A stretch of 64,000 bases of DNA from an uncultured Gammaproteobacteria bacterium (GTDB lineage: Bacteria; Pseudomonadota; Gammaproteobacteria; DATFLG01), in the NCBI GenBank assembly GCA_963830105.1, contig CAWHLH010000003.1, positions 323,931 to 387,930 of the forward strand. Direction: 5' to 3'. Positions 1 through 9,536 of the stretch are shown here, in pieces (the first letter of the stretch is position 1; each line of letters begins with the position of its first letter). The translations under genes were made by a program, and so were the position numbers. Below the pieces are notes generated by a model. That model saw nothing but the letters and a program-made list of their open reading frames with translations, ran no database searches and had not been told where the DNA came from.

Positions 1-358
1 GCCTGCGGGGACCGACCCGCCCCTCACGCCGCCGCACCCGACGAAGGCGCAGGACCACCGGCTCCCCGCCCCGCGGGCTTTCGCGGCACTGTCGAGCCCG
101 GTTTTACTCCGCCCTTCGTTCCCGGCGCCTATACTGGATACATGAAAGCCGGCCCCGCGCTTGGCAGGGGTCCTGTCTCAGGGCTGGCACAGTTCTTGTT
201 AGCTACGCTGGAGCGTGGCTTTCGAGACCATCGCACCACCAGCCCGCTTTGCGCTGTGATCGAGGCGAACACAGAGCGACACCGGATGCGGGGAGTCATA
301 CGCACCCCCTGCGCAACGGCAAGCGCCGGAGTCTGCAACCTGCCTACGAGGTAACACC

Positions 359-748
359 ATGACGGATCGAATCAGCATCATGTGCGTCTCAGGTATGCAC
401 GAACGCATCCAGATGGCAGCCATGACCGCTGCAACAGGCTCGGTGAGCGGCATGGACATCAGCATCTTCCTGTCCATGAACGCCCTGCCCTACTTTGTCA
501 AAGGTCACGACATCAAGCCGCCCCACGAGGGCGAAATGGGCGAACTGATGGCGAAGAAGAACGTGCCTCCCTTCAAACAGCTGTTCGAGCAGGCCAAGGA
601 ACTGGGCGGCGCCAAAGTTTATGCGTGCTCCATGGCGATGGACGTACTGGAGGTTTCGGAAGACGACCTGGACGAAGTCCTGGACGGTCCTCTGGGGCTG
701 ACGCGTTTTCTGAGCGATGCCAGCGGCGGACAGATCCTGGTGTTCTGA
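359..748 (+). CDS. DsrE/DsrF-like sulfur-relay family protein
   Basis: 129 aa ORF; DsrE-fold-like sequence (MCVSG...[12 protein letters not shown]...YACSMAMD). RBS-like GAGG upstream of ATG. First gene of a DsrE-TusA-SQR-like cluster. Confidence 0.65.
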   Translation: MTDRISIMCVSGMHERIQMAAMTAATGSVSGMDISIFLSMNALPYFVKGHDIKPPHEGEMGELMAKKNVPPFKQLFEQAKELGGAKVYACSMAMDVLEVSEDDLDEVLDGPLGLTRFLSDASGGQILVF

Positions 749-788
749 TCGCGGGCTATTGACAAGTATTGGCTACGGGAAATCAAGC

Positions 789-1025
789 ATGAGCGAAGAG
801 AATGTGAAGATCGTCGATGCACGCGGGAGCTTCTGTCCCGGCCCACTGATGGAGCTGATCTCGAATATGAAACAGATCGAGGTCGGGGATGTGCTGGAGT
901 TGCTGTCCACCGACAAGGGCTCGGTGGCGGACGTGCCGGACTGGATCAACAAGGTAGGCCACGAGATGGTGGGCTCCGAAGAAAAGGACGGCGTCTGGCA
1001 TATCCGGGTACGCAAGACCAAGTAG
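789..1025 (+). CDS. tusA: TusA-family sulfurtransferase
   Basis: Internal ATG at 789 in ORF 717..1025. 78 aa product with conserved CPxP motif (SFCPGPLMEL) typical of TusA/SirA. Confidence 0.8.
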   Translation: MSEENVKIVDARGSFCPGPLMELISNMKQIEVGDVLELLSTDKGSVADVPDWINKVGHEMVGSEEKDGVWHIRVRKTK

Positions 1026-1130
1026 ACGCGCTACGACCGTCGACAGGGATTGGGCTCCCGATTCCCGGTCGTGCCGGGCCCCACCTCGGGGGAGCCATTG
1101 CTATCACCAACGCGGGACAGGAGGAGAACG

Positions 1131-2264
1131 ATGAAAATACTGATCGTAGGCGGCGGCATGGGTGGGACCATTCTGGCCAACAACCTCGCGCGCAGGCTGC
1201 ACGGCGAGATGAAGGCAGGCAAGGCGACAATCACCATGCTGTCGGCATCCGACAAGCATATGTATCAGCCTGGCCTGCTGTATGTTGCGGTCGGCCGCAT
1301 GGCCCCTGACGAACTTTACCGCGACCAGGCCGGCCTGCTGGAAGCCGGTATCAATTTTCACGTCGATCCGGTCGAGGAGTTCGATCTGGACAACAACAAG
1401 GTCAAGGCCAAATCCGGCAAGACCTATGACTACGACATCATCGCCATCGCCACCGGCTCGCGAATTCATCCCGAGGGTATACCGGGTCTCGCCGAGCATG
1501 CCGAGTACTTCTACACGGAGGAGTCGGCGGTCAAGATGTTCAAGAGCCTGAACGCATTTCAGGGCGGCAAGGTGGTGATCGCCGTCGGGGTACCCCACAA
1601 GTGCCCGATGGCGCCGCTGGAAATCACCTTCATGCTCCATGACTACTTCAAGGATCGCGGCATCCTGGACAAGGTGCAGCTGCACTATACTTATCCCATC
1701 GGCCGCACCCACAGCCTGGAGAACGTCGCCAAGTGGGCGACCCCGGAGTTCGAGCGCCTGGGGATCAGCTACGAAACGCTGTTCAACATGAAGGAGGTGG
1801 ACGGGGACAACAAGGTGCTGAAGAGCGAGGAAGGCACCGAGGTCAACTACGACATGCTGATCACCATCCCGGCCCACAAGGGCATGGAAGTGATCGAGAA
1901 GAACGGCCTGGGCGCAAGCGGCTGGATACCCACCGACCGGCACCGCCTGAACATGGAGGGCCGGGAGAACGTGTTCGTGCTGGGCGACACCACCAACCTG
2001 CCCATCAGCAAGGCCGGTTCCACCGCCCACTTCGAGGCCGATACGCTGGCGGAAAATATTGCCTCCATGGTGAAGATCGGGGTACCGGTGCGCGACTACG
2101 ACGGCAAGGTGTTCTGCTTCATCGAGGCCGGCAAGGATCGCGCCACCTATGCCATGTTCAACTACCAGAACCCGCCGGATCCAAAGCCGCCGACCAAAGC
2201 CGTGCATTGGTTCAAGATGGCCTATAACAAGCTGTACTGGGCTTCCGCCCGCGGCTTGCTGTAA
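1131..2264 (+). CDS. FAD-dependent pyridine nucleotide-disulfide oxidoreductase, sulfide:quinone oxidoreductase-like
   Basis: ATG at 1131 preceded by GGAGGAG. N-terminal Rossmann GxGxxG (KILIVGGGMGG). About 377 aa, typical of SQR-type flavoproteins. Followed immediately by a DUF1641 gene, a recurrent pairing. Confidence 0.75.
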   Translation: MKILIVGGGMGGTILANNLARRLHGEMKAGKATITMLSASDKHMYQPGLLYVAVGRMAPDELYRDQAGLLEAGINFHVDPVEEFDLDNNKVKAKSGKTYDYDIIAIATGSRIHPEGIPGLAEHAEYFYTEESAVKMFKSLNAFQGGKVVIAVGVPHKCPMAPLEITFMLHDYFKDRGILDKVQLHYTYPIGRTHSLENVAKWATPEFERLGISYETLFNMKEVDGDNKVLKSEEGTEVNYDMLITIPAHKGMEVIEKNGLGASGWIPTDRHRLNMEGRENVFVLGDTTNLPISKAGSTAHFEADTLAENIASMVKIGVPVRDYDGKVFCFIEAGKDRATYAMFNYQNPPDPKPPTKAVHWFKMAYNKLYWASARGLL

Positions 2265-2276
2265 AGGAGGTACATC

Positions 2277-3215
2277 ATGAGCCAGCCCAAGGAACAAGTG
2301 ACGTCCCCTCCGGGCGAGGGCTCGGCAGCCCCGGTGAGTGAGCTCGAACGGGTACTGGAAGGCGCGCGGGATGCCCTGACCGACGATATCGTCAACCGCC
2401 TGTCGGCTACCGTCGGCGACGGCCTGGACCTGCTGGACCGCATCAATCGCAGTGGCGTCGCCAATGCGTTGCCGGCCATCAGCCAACTGGTGGAAAACGG
2501 CGATCTGGAACGGCTGGTGGCTCTCGCGAGGGTGGTGGGCTCGGCCCAGGACGCCATGTCGGACGACATCGTGGGCCGCCTGTCGGCCACCCTGGGCGAC
2601 GGCATGGATCTGCTGGACCGGGTCAACCGCAGTCAGCTCGCCGCCGCCCTGCCGACCATCGACCGACTGGTGGAAAGCGGCGACCTGGAACGGGTCGCCA
2701 GCCTGGCGCGGGTGCTGGGCGCGGCCGAAGACGCCATGTCCGAGGAAATGGTCGGGCGCGTTGCCGGCACCATGACCGACGGCATGGACCTGCTGGACCG
2801 GGTCAACCGCAGCGGCGTGGTCAAGGCGCTGCCGGCGATTTCGGCCCTGGTGGAAAGCGGCGACCTGGACCGGATCGTGCAGCTCGCGCGGGTGATCGGC
2901 TCCGCCGAAGACGCCCTCAATGACGAGATGATCAGCCGTATGGCGTCCGTGTTCGGTGAGGGCATCTGCCTGATCGACCGTCTCACCCGCAACGGTGCGT
3001 TGGCCCAGGTGCTGGACCTGTTGCTGCGTGAAGAGGTGCAGGGTGTGCTGGTGCGCTTCGGAGAGGCTCTGCTGTCAGCCTCCGAGGAGTTCGAACGCGA
3101 ACCTCCACCGAAGGGGGGCATTGGCGGACTCTGGAAGATCATGTCGCAGCCGGGCAACCAACAAGCCCTGCAGTTCATGGGGCTGTTCGGCAAACACCTG
3201 CGGGGCCAGCGCTGA
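2277..3215 (+). CDS. DUF1641-repeat protein (four tandem ~60-aa repeats)
   Basis: 312 aa; GGAGG RBS. Four tandem repeats of the unit LSATxGDGxDLLDRxNRSxxxxALPxIxxLVExGDLERxxxLARVxGxAxDA, as found in DUF1641 proteins next to SQR-like flavoproteins. Confidence 0.75.
   Translation: MSQPKEQVTSPPGEGSAAPVSELERVLEGARDALTDDIVNRLSATVGDGLDLLDRINRSGVANALPAISQLVENGDLERLVALARVVGSAQDAMSDDIVGRLSATLGDGMDLLDRVNRSQLAAALPTIDRLVESGDLERVASLARVLGAAEDAMSEEMVGRVAGTMTDGMDLLDRVNRSGVVKALPAISALVESGDLDRIVQLARVIGSAEDALNDEMISRMASVFGEGICLIDRLTRNGALAQVLDLLLREEVQGVLVRFGEALLSASEEFEREPPPKGGIGGLWKIMSQPGNQQALQFMGLFGKHLRGQR
2376..3095 (+). repeat. 4 x ~180-bp in-frame tandem coding repeats inside the DUF1641 gene
   Basis: Four consecutive ~60-aa protein repeats with high identity. 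The alternative-frame ORF 2452..2775 is also periodic. Confidence 0.7.
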
Positions 3216-3226
3216 GACCGGCATAA

Positions 3227-3250
3227 GCGCCGGCTGACCCCGGCCGGCGC
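3227..3250. terminator. Candidate terminator hairpin (8-bp perfect stem GCGCCGGC/GCCGGCGC), no T-tract
   Basis: Inverted repeat immediately downstream of the DUF1641 stop and in front of the convergent TetR gene. Not followed by a U-tract, so weak. Confidence 0.3.
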
Positions 3251-3474
3251 AACGCCTCCGCCCCGAACCCCCGGGCGGGGGCACTCCATCCGGGCGCCCG
3301 GCGGGCCAACCGCCCAGCGCACCCGGGGCAGGTGCTCGCATGCCAGGAGGCGCTGCACCTGCGAATGCGGAGATCAACGGATTGAATGGATGCAGGGACT
3401 GAACGGACTTCCGGGCCACTCCTCCGCCCAAGCGTCGCGCGGCATCCGGCTTTCCAGGGTGCCGCGCTCTTTTC

Positions 3475-4134
3475 TTACGCCAGCCGGTGTGCGCCCGGCC
3501 GGGCATCCCCGGGGCTGAGCGAACGCAGGTAGTCCACCAGAGCCGCCGAGCATTCCGCAAGGCATTGCGGATTTTGGGCGTTTTTCGACAGCCCGATACC
3601 GCCCTCCAGAGCCGCTACCACAAAGGTCGCGGTCCGTTTACTGTCGACACCGGGTCGCACCCGGCCCTGAGCCTTGGCACGCTCCAATGCCCGCCCTACC
3701 GCGGACCGCCAGTTGGCGAACACCTGGTCGACGCGGCGCCGGAAGCCCTCATCCAGGGGCGACATCTCCTGGGCCAGATTGTTCAGCGGGCACCCGACCG
3801 TAACCAGCCGTTCACCCATGCTTTCACCGAGGCGCTGCAACAGGGCGATCAGCTCGACCAGCGGGTCGGCCGCCGCTTCCAGAGGCTGTATCCAGTTGGT
3901 CTCCACCATCTGCCGAATGACCTCGTCGACCACCGCATAGCCCAGCGCCTGCTTGTTGGTGAAGTGGTGATACAGAGCACCCTTGGTCAACCCGGTGGCC
4001 GTCAACAGCTCGTCCAGCCGCATCCCCTGAAAGCCCTTGCGGTAGATCCCCTCGAAAGCCGCTTCCAGGATACGTCGTCGGGTGGCGTCGGGGTTGCGCT
4101 CGCTGCGGGCGGCGGTCGTGACATCGGGCTTCAT
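3475..4134 (-). CDS. TetR/AcrR-family transcriptional regulator
   Basis: 219 aa. N-terminal HTH typical of TetR (RRRILEAAFEGIYRKGFQGMRLDELLTATGLTKGALYHHFTNKQAL). Divergent from the DsrE-like gene at 4370. Confidence 0.9.
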   Translation of the reverse strand: MKPDVTTAARSERNPDATRRRILEAAFEGIYRKGFQGMRLDELLTATGLTKGALYHHFTNKQALGYAVVDEVIRQMVETNWIQPLEAAADPLVELIALLQRLGESMGERLVTVGCPLNNLAQEMSPLDEGFRRRVDQVFANWRSAVGRALERAKAQGRVRPGVDSKRTATFVVAALEGGIGLSKNAQNPQCLAECSAALVDYLRSLSPGDARPGAHRLA

Positions 4135-4273
4135 GGCGGCACCTTCGGAACGGCAGAGCAGACCCCTGCTTCAGTGGCGTAGTCATATTACCACAGCGAT
4201 TTAGCGGAACGTTCCGGCCGCCATGCCGCTCCGGACCTGCTATACGTCTCTACTGGAGAGTCGACAGGGAGCC

Positions 4274-4304
4274 TTGACAAACCGCCTGGTTTGTCTTTAT
4301 TCTA
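4274..4304 (+). promoter_or_regulatory. Sigma70-like promoter (TTGACA-17-TTATTC) with an embedded perfect inverted repeat ACAAACC-N4-GGTTTGT, candidate TetR operator
   Basis: TTGACA at 4274-4279. 18-bp palindrome acaaaccgcctggtttgt at 4277-4294 overlapping the -35/spacer. -10-like TTATTC/TATTCT at ~4297-4304. Lies in the tetR/dsrE-like divergent intergenic region. Confidence 0.55.
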
Positions 4305-4369
4305 TGAAGAAACCAAGCGGTATGTAAAGTGGCTGCGCCACCCCGCACCAACCCGACCAGGAGACACCC

Positions 4370-4993
4370 ATGCCGACAGACACCCACGCCACCACGACGG
4401 CATCGGACAGCGGCCAGATGGACCAGTGGCTGAGCCAGAAGCTCGATGAGCTGCTGCCCACCAAGCTCAAGGAGATCGAGCAAAGCAGGACCCCGTCCAT
4501 GGCGATCATTGCCACCAAGGGCACCCTGGACTGGGCATACCCCCCCTTCATCCTGGCCTCCACCGCCGCCGCGCTGGGTTGGGACGCCACCATCTTCTTT
4601 ACCTTCTACGGCCTGCTGCTGCTGAAGAAGGAGCTCGGCTCCCAGGTCAGCCCGCTGGGCAACCCGTCCATGCCCATGAAGATGCCCTTCGGCCCGAAGT
4701 GGTTCCAGGGCATCAACTGGCCGATGCCCAATCTGCTGATGGGCAACGTGCCCGGCTTCGAGAAGCTGGCCACCTCGCTGATGAAGAAGACCTTCAAGAA
4801 CAAGGGCGTCGCGACGGTCGAAGAGCTGCGCGAGCTGTGCCTGGAGGCGGACGTCAAGATGGTCGCCTGCCAGATGACCGTGGATGTGTTCGGCTTCAAC
4901 AAGGACGAGTTCATTCCCGAAGTGACCGACTTCGTCGGTGCCACCTATTTCCTGCCGGTGGCCAAGGACTCCGACGTCTGCCTGTTCATCTGA
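4370..4993 (+). CDS. DsrE/DsrF/DrsH-like family protein (DsrE2-like, larger paralog)
   Basis: 207 aa; AGGAGA RBS. DsrE-like core with conserved Cys region (MVACQMTVDVFG). Membrane-like stretch (ILASTAAALGWDATIFFTFYGLLLL). Confidence 0.65.
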   Translation: MPTDTHATTTASDSGQMDQWLSQKLDELLPTKLKEIEQSRTPSMAIIATKGTLDWAYPPFILASTAAALGWDATIFFTFYGLLLLKKELGSQVSPLGNPSMPMKMPFGPKWFQGINWPMPNLLMGNVPGFEKLATSLMKKTFKNKGVATVEELRELCLEADVKMVACQMTVDVFGFNKDEFIPEVTDFVGATYFLPVAKDSDVCLFI

Positions 4994-5040
4994 CCGGCGC
5001 CGATTCCCCCCAAGGCGCGCATCCTCTTGCGCGCGCTGTT

Positions 5041-5081
5041 ACCGGACCCCGTCTTCCAACCCTCGGGATCCGGTTTTTTTT
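5041..5081 (+). terminator. Rho-independent terminator
   Basis: Stem ACCGGACCCC ... GGGATCCGGT (9/10 bp) followed by T8 at 5074-5081, about 50 nt after the DsrE-like stop. Confidence 0.7.
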
Positions 5082-5112
5082 GCCCGACCGGCGGGGTGCG
5101 TGATCGGCCCGC

Positions 5113-8100
5113 ATGTGGGAGAATACGCGCCGCGCGTCCATGCCGGCGCGGCACCCGCACCGCCCTCGACCCACGATGCCAAAACCAGCCAGCAATCTGA
5201 ACCGCGATAACACCGCCCGCAGCGCCCTGAACCCGGACGTTCCCAAGGCACGGGGCCAGCAGGTCTGGGGCCGGCTGTACGGCGACAGCCTTGCCCTCGT
5301 GATCCAGGCCGCGGCCCGCCGCCATGGGGGGCCGTCGCTGGTGATCACCCCCGACATGCAGCAGGCCGACCGCCTGCTGGGGGAATTGCGCTTCTTCGGC
5401 GCCCAAAGCGACCTGCCCATCCTTGGATTCCCTGACTGGGAAACGCTGCCCTACGACGCCTTTTCGCCCTACCAGGACATCGTTTCGGAACGCATAGAGG
5501 CCCTCTACCGCCTCCCGGATCTGGACCAGGGCATTCTGGTCGTGCCCGCCGCCACCCTGATGCAGCGGGTGGCGCCGCCATCCTATCTGCGGCAGACCGC
5601 CTTGATGCTCGATGCGGGCGACCGGCTCGACCTGGAAACGATGCGCACGCGCCTGGATGCGGCGGGCTACCGGTGCGTCGCCCAGGTCATGGAACATGGC
5701 GAATTCGCCGTACGAGGCTCCCTGCTGGATCTTTATCCCATGGGTAGCTCTCTGCCCTACCGCATCGATCTGTTCGATCAGGAAGTGGAGTCCATCCGTA
5801 CCTTCGATCCCGAGAACCAGCGCTCTCTGGACAGGGTCGACTCGATCCGGCTGTTGCCGGCGCGGGAATTCCCCCTGGACCCGGCGGCCATTACCCGTTT
5901 TCGCCAGGCTTACCGCGCCAACTTCGAAGGCGATCCCCAGAACAGCCCCGTATACCGCGACGTCAGCAACGGGCTGGCTCCCGGCGGCATCGAATACTAC
6001 CTGCCGCTGTTCTTCGACGACACCGCCACCCTGTTCGATTACCTGCCGGCCAGCGCCCTGATCCTGGATCTGCCGGGCACCCACGACGCAGCCGAGAGTT
6101 TCTGGCATCAGACCCAGGAACGTTTCGAACAGCGCCGACACAATATCGAACGCCCCCTGCTGCCGCCAACCCGCCTGTTCCTCCAGACCGAGGAGCTGAG
6201 CGCGGCACTGGGCCCGTTCCCGCGGGTACGACTGGAGCGCTTCGAACAGCACGAACCGTCTGCGGACGCCATCAACTACGCCACCCGCGCCCTGCCCGAT
6301 CTGGCGTTGAAGGCCCGCGCTCCGCGTCCGGCCGCGGCACTCGGCCAGTTTCTGGACGCGTTCCCGGGACGCGTGCTGTTGGTCACCGAATCCACCGGTC
6401 GGCGCGAGACTCTGCAGGACGTTTTGCGCGAGTACGGCGTCAAGCCGCAGCCCGTGGACGGCTGGCAGGCATTCCTCGACGGGGATCAACCCCTGGCCCT
6501 CACCGTCGGTCCTCTGGACCAGGGCCTGTGGCTCGATGAGCCGACCATCGCGGTCATCACCGAAACCCAGCTGTTCGGCGAGCGGGTCAAGCAGGCCCGC
6601 CGCCGCAAGCCCAGCCGGGATCCGGAAACCATCATCCGGGACCTCACCGACCTGTCACTGGGCGCGCCGGTGGTCCATGAAGATCACGGTGTGGGACGCT
6701 ATCTGGGCCTGCAGAAACTCACCGTCGGCGACATCGAAACAGAATTTCTGACCATCGAATATGCCGGCGGCGACAAGCTGTATGTGCCGGTCGGTTCGCT
6801 TGAACTGGTCAGCCGCTACAGCGGCACGTCGCCCGAAGGGGCCCCCCTGCACAAGCTCGGCAGCGAGCAGTGGCAGCGTGCGCGCCGCAAAGCCGCCGAA
6901 CGAATGCGCGACGTGGCCGCCGAGCTGCTGGAGGTGTACGCGCGGCGGGCGGCACGCCAGGGTTTCAGCTGCCACGTCCATCCCGACGAGTACACCGTGT
7001 TCGCCAGCACCTTTCCGTTCGAGGAAACCCCCGACCAGCAGACCGCCATCGAGGCGGTGGTGGAGGACATGGCATCGCCCCAACCCATGGACCGGGTGGT
7101 GTGCGGCGATGTCGGTTTCGGCAAGACCGAAGTGGCCATGCGGGCGGCTTTCGTCGCCGCCCAGGACGGCCGGCAGGTGGTCGTGCTGGTGCCGACCACC
7201 CTGCTGGCTCAACAGCACTACCAGAATTTCCGCGACCGATTCTCGGACTGGCCGGTGCGAATCGAAGTGCTGTCCAGGTTCCGATCCCGCAAGACCCAGG
7301 ATGCCGTGCTCAAGGGCCTCGCCGAAGGCGCTGTGGATATCGTGGTCGGCACCCACAAACTGCTCCAGGAAGGGGTCAAGTTCAAGAACCTCGGGCTGGT
7401 GATCATCGACGAGGAACACCGTTTCGGCGTGCGCCAGAAAGAGCGCCTGAAGGCTTTGCGCGCCGAGGTGGACCTGCTCACCCTCACCGCCACCCCGATA
7501 CCCCGCACGCTGAACATGTCGCTTTCGGGCCTGCGCGACCTGTCCATCATTGCCACCCCGCCGGCCCACCGGCTGCCGGTCAAGACATTCGTGAGCGAAT
7601 GGGACAACGCCACCGTGCGCGAGGCCTGCCTGCGCGAGATCAAGCGCGGTGGCCAGGTGTATTTCCTGCACAACGAGGTCGAATCCATCGAGCGTATCGC
7701 CCGCTCGCTGCGCGAGCTGGTTCCCGAGGCGACCGTGGAAGTCGCTCACGGACAGATGCGCGAACGCGAGCTCGAACAGGTGATGCTCGATTTCTATCAC
7801 CGGCGCTTCAATATTCTGGTGTGCACCACCATCATCGAGAGCGGCATCGACGTGCCCAGCGCCAATACCATCGTGATCAACCGTGCCGATCGCCTGGGGC
7901 TTGCCCAGCTGCACCAGTTGCGCGGTCGCGTGGGCCGCTCCCATCACCGCGCCTACGCCTATCTGCTGGTACCGTCGCGCGGTGCCATGACGCCGGACGC
8001 GGTCAAGCGTCTGGAAGCGATCGAGGCCCTGGAAGAGCTGGGCTCGGGGTTCACGCTGGCAACCCACGACCTGGAAATCCGCGGCGCCGGGGAGCTGCTG

Positions 8101-8673
8101 GGGGCCGAGCAAAGCGGCCAGATCCAGGAAATCGGCTTCACCCTCTACCGGGAATTGCTGGAGCGCACGGTGAAAGCGTTGAAGGAAGGCCGCGATCCGG
8201 CCCTCGAACAGCCCGTTGAGCACGGCCCGGAGATCGATCTGCGCATCCCCGCACTGATTCCCGATGACTACCTGCCGGACGTGCACACCCGTCTGATACT
8301 CTATAAACGTATTGCCAGCGCCGGCAACGAGGACGAACTGCGTGATCTGCAGGTGGAGATGATCGACCGGTTCGGGCTGCTCCCCCAGCAGACCAAGAAC
8401 CTGTTCCGCACGGCGGAACTGAAACTGCGCTCGGCGCCCCTCGGAATCACCAAGATCGAGGGCGGCGAACGTGGCGGTCGGCTGGTGTTCGCCCCGCACC
8501 CCCATGTGGACCCGGGTGCCGTCATCTCCCTCATCCAGAACCAACCCGAGCGCTACAAACTGGACGGCGCCGACAGGCTGCGCTTTACGGGCGACATGCC
8601 CGAAGCCGAGCAGCGCCTGGACGCTATCGCGACTCTGCTCGCCACGCTGGCCCCCGGAGGGCCCAATCCATGA
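5113..8673 (+). CDS. mfd: Transcription-repair coupling factor Mfd
   Basis: 1186-aa ORF with UvrB-homology N-terminus, RNAP-interacting domain, DEAD/helicase motifs (GDVGFGKTEVAMRAAF, DEEHRFG) and TRG motif. True start may be the internal ATG at ~5176. Confidence 0.95.
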   Translation: MWENTRRASMPARHPHRPRPTMPKPASNLNRDNTARSALNPDVPKARGQQVWGRLYGDSLALVIQAAARRHGGPSLVITPDMQQADRLLGELRFFGAQSDLPILGFPDWETLPYDAFSPYQDIVSERIEALYRLPDLDQGILVVPAATLMQRVAPPSYLRQTALMLDAGDRLDLETMRTRLDAAGYRCVAQVMEHGEFAVRGSLLDLYPMGSSLPYRIDLFDQEVESIRTFDPENQRSLDRVDSIRLLPAREFPLDPAAITRFRQAYRANFEGDPQNSPVYRDVSNGLAPGGIEYYLPLFFDDTATLFDYLPASALILDLPGTHDAAESFWHQTQERFEQRRHNIERPLLPPTRLFLQTEELSAALGPFPRVRLERFEQHEPSADAINYATRALPDLALKARAPRPAAALGQFLDAFPGRVLLVTESTGRRETLQDVLREYGVKPQPVDGWQAFLDGDQPLALTVGPLDQGLWLDEPTIAVITETQLFGERVKQARRRKPSRDPETIIRDLTDLSLGAPVVHEDHGVGRYLGLQKLTVGDIETEFLTIEYAGGDKLYVPVGSLELVSRYSGTSPEGAPLHKLGSEQWQRARRKAAERMRDVAAELLEVYARRAARQGFSCHVHPDEYTVFASTFPFEETPDQQTAIEAVVEDMASPQPMDRVVCGDVGFGKTEVAMRAAFVAAQDGRQVVVLVPTTLLAQQHYQNFRDRFSDWPVRIEVLSRFRSRKTQDAVLKGLAEGAVDIVVGTHKLLQEGVKFKNLGLVIIDEEHRFGVRQKERLKALRAEVDLLTLTATPIPRTLNMSLSGLRDLSIIATPPAHRLPVKTFVSEWDNATVREACLREIKRGGQVYFLHNEVESIERIARSLRELVPEATVEVAHGQMRERELEQVMLDFYHRRFNILVCTTIIESGIDVPSANTIVINRADRLGLAQLHQLRGRVGRSHHRAYAYLLVPSRGAMTPDAVKRLEAIEALEELGSGFTLATHDLEIRGAGELLGAEQSGQIQEIGFTLYRELLERTVKALKEGRDPALEQPVEHGPEIDLRIPALIPDDYLPDVHTRLILYKRIASAGNEDELRDLQVEMIDRFGLLPQQTKNLFRTAELKLRSAPLGITKIEGGERGGRLVFAPHPHVDPGAVISLIQNQPERYKLDGADRLRFTGDMPEAEQRLDAIATLLATLAPGGPNP

Positions 8674-9470
8674 AGCTTACCCGACATCCAAGGCGGCTGC
8701 TGAGCGCCCTGGCCCTGGCCCTGGGAGTCAGCCTGGCCGCGGCGCTGCCCGCACAGGCGGCAAAGGCCAGCCAGACCCAGCAATACGATGTGGAGATCCT
8801 GGTCTTCGCCAACACCAACCCGGACGATCAGGGCGAACAGTGGCCGACAGATCCGGGCGCCCCCGATCTGGGCGCCGCCAGCGAACTCGGGGCGCCGGAC
8901 GGTCCCACTCAGCTGGGTCCGCAGAACTATCGTCTGAGTGCAGACGACGGGGCGCTCAAGCGATCCGGGCGCTACCATCCGATATTGCATCTGGCATGGC
9001 GCCAGACTGCCGGCCCCCTGGACGCCAGCCACGGCGTACACATCCATGGCCCCGGCGCCAGCGACACGGTGGACGGCACCGTCAAGCTGTCCGTGGGCCG
9101 CTATCTGCACCTGGACCTGGATCTGCTGTACCGTCCGGCATCCAATCCCGCCGCCGACCCCGGCCCGACAAGCGCCAACGGGCCCGCCGCCGCGCCCGCA
9201 TCGGGCGAGGCGGGCAGCGACACTGCCGGCGACGGCCAGAGCCCGGTGCCGTTGCCGGCACAGTGGGTGTCCGATCCAGGCGTATTTCGCATGCAGCAGC
9301 ACCGCCGGCTGCGGAGCCGAGAAGTGCAGTATTTCGACCAACCCCACTTCGGCGTACTGGCGCTGGTCACCCCTTACACACCACCCGCGCCAAAGCCGGA
9401 GACGCCTCCGGACAGTGCTGCCGGCAACGCGCCGGACCACGGCACAAGTGCGCCCCAAGGCGGCCAATAG
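8670..9470 (+). CDS. Secreted protein with signal peptide (possibly CsiV-family periplasmic protein)
   Basis: 266 aa. N-terminal signal peptide (MKLTRHPRRLLSALALALGVSLAAALPAQA). Low-complexity Pro/Ala-rich C-terminus. Start overlaps the mfd stop (ATGA). The family assignment is a weak recollection. Confidence 0.5.
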   Translation: MKLTRHPRRLLSALALALGVSLAAALPAQAAKASQTQQYDVEILVFANTNPDDQGEQWPTDPGAPDLGAASELGAPDGPTQLGPQNYRLSADDGALKRSGRYHPILHLAWRQTAGPLDASHGVHIHGPGASDTVDGTVKLSVGRYLHLDLDLLYRPASNPAADPGPTSANGPAAAPASGEAGSDTAGDGQSPVPLPAQWVSDPGVFRMQQHRRLRSREVQYFDQPHFGVLALVTPYTPPAPKPETPPDSAAGNAPDHGTSAPQGGQ

Positions 9471-9536
9471 CAGGCAGCCACCGCCGGAAGCGGAGCAACA
9501 TGCTGCGGGGGGTTGGGATGAATCGGCGGCGCCGAT

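Noticed and set aside
1104-2486. Long antisense ORFs opposite real genes (e.g. 1104..2486, 6655..8544, 17184..18614, 39116..40423, 45068..46549, 49858..51201, 56706..58406)
   Set aside because: High GC content suppresses stop codons on the non-coding strand. Each lies antisense to a gene with strong homology (SQR-like, mfd, SBP, csoS1 array, cbbL, sdhA, recJ) and has Arg/Ala/Gly/Pro-rich nonsense composition.
8553-9467. 304-aa minus-strand ORF opposite the secreted-protein gene downstream of mfd
   Set aside because: Antisense to an ORF with a clear signal peptide. Low-complexity Ala/Gly/Arg composition typical of spurious high-GC ORFs.
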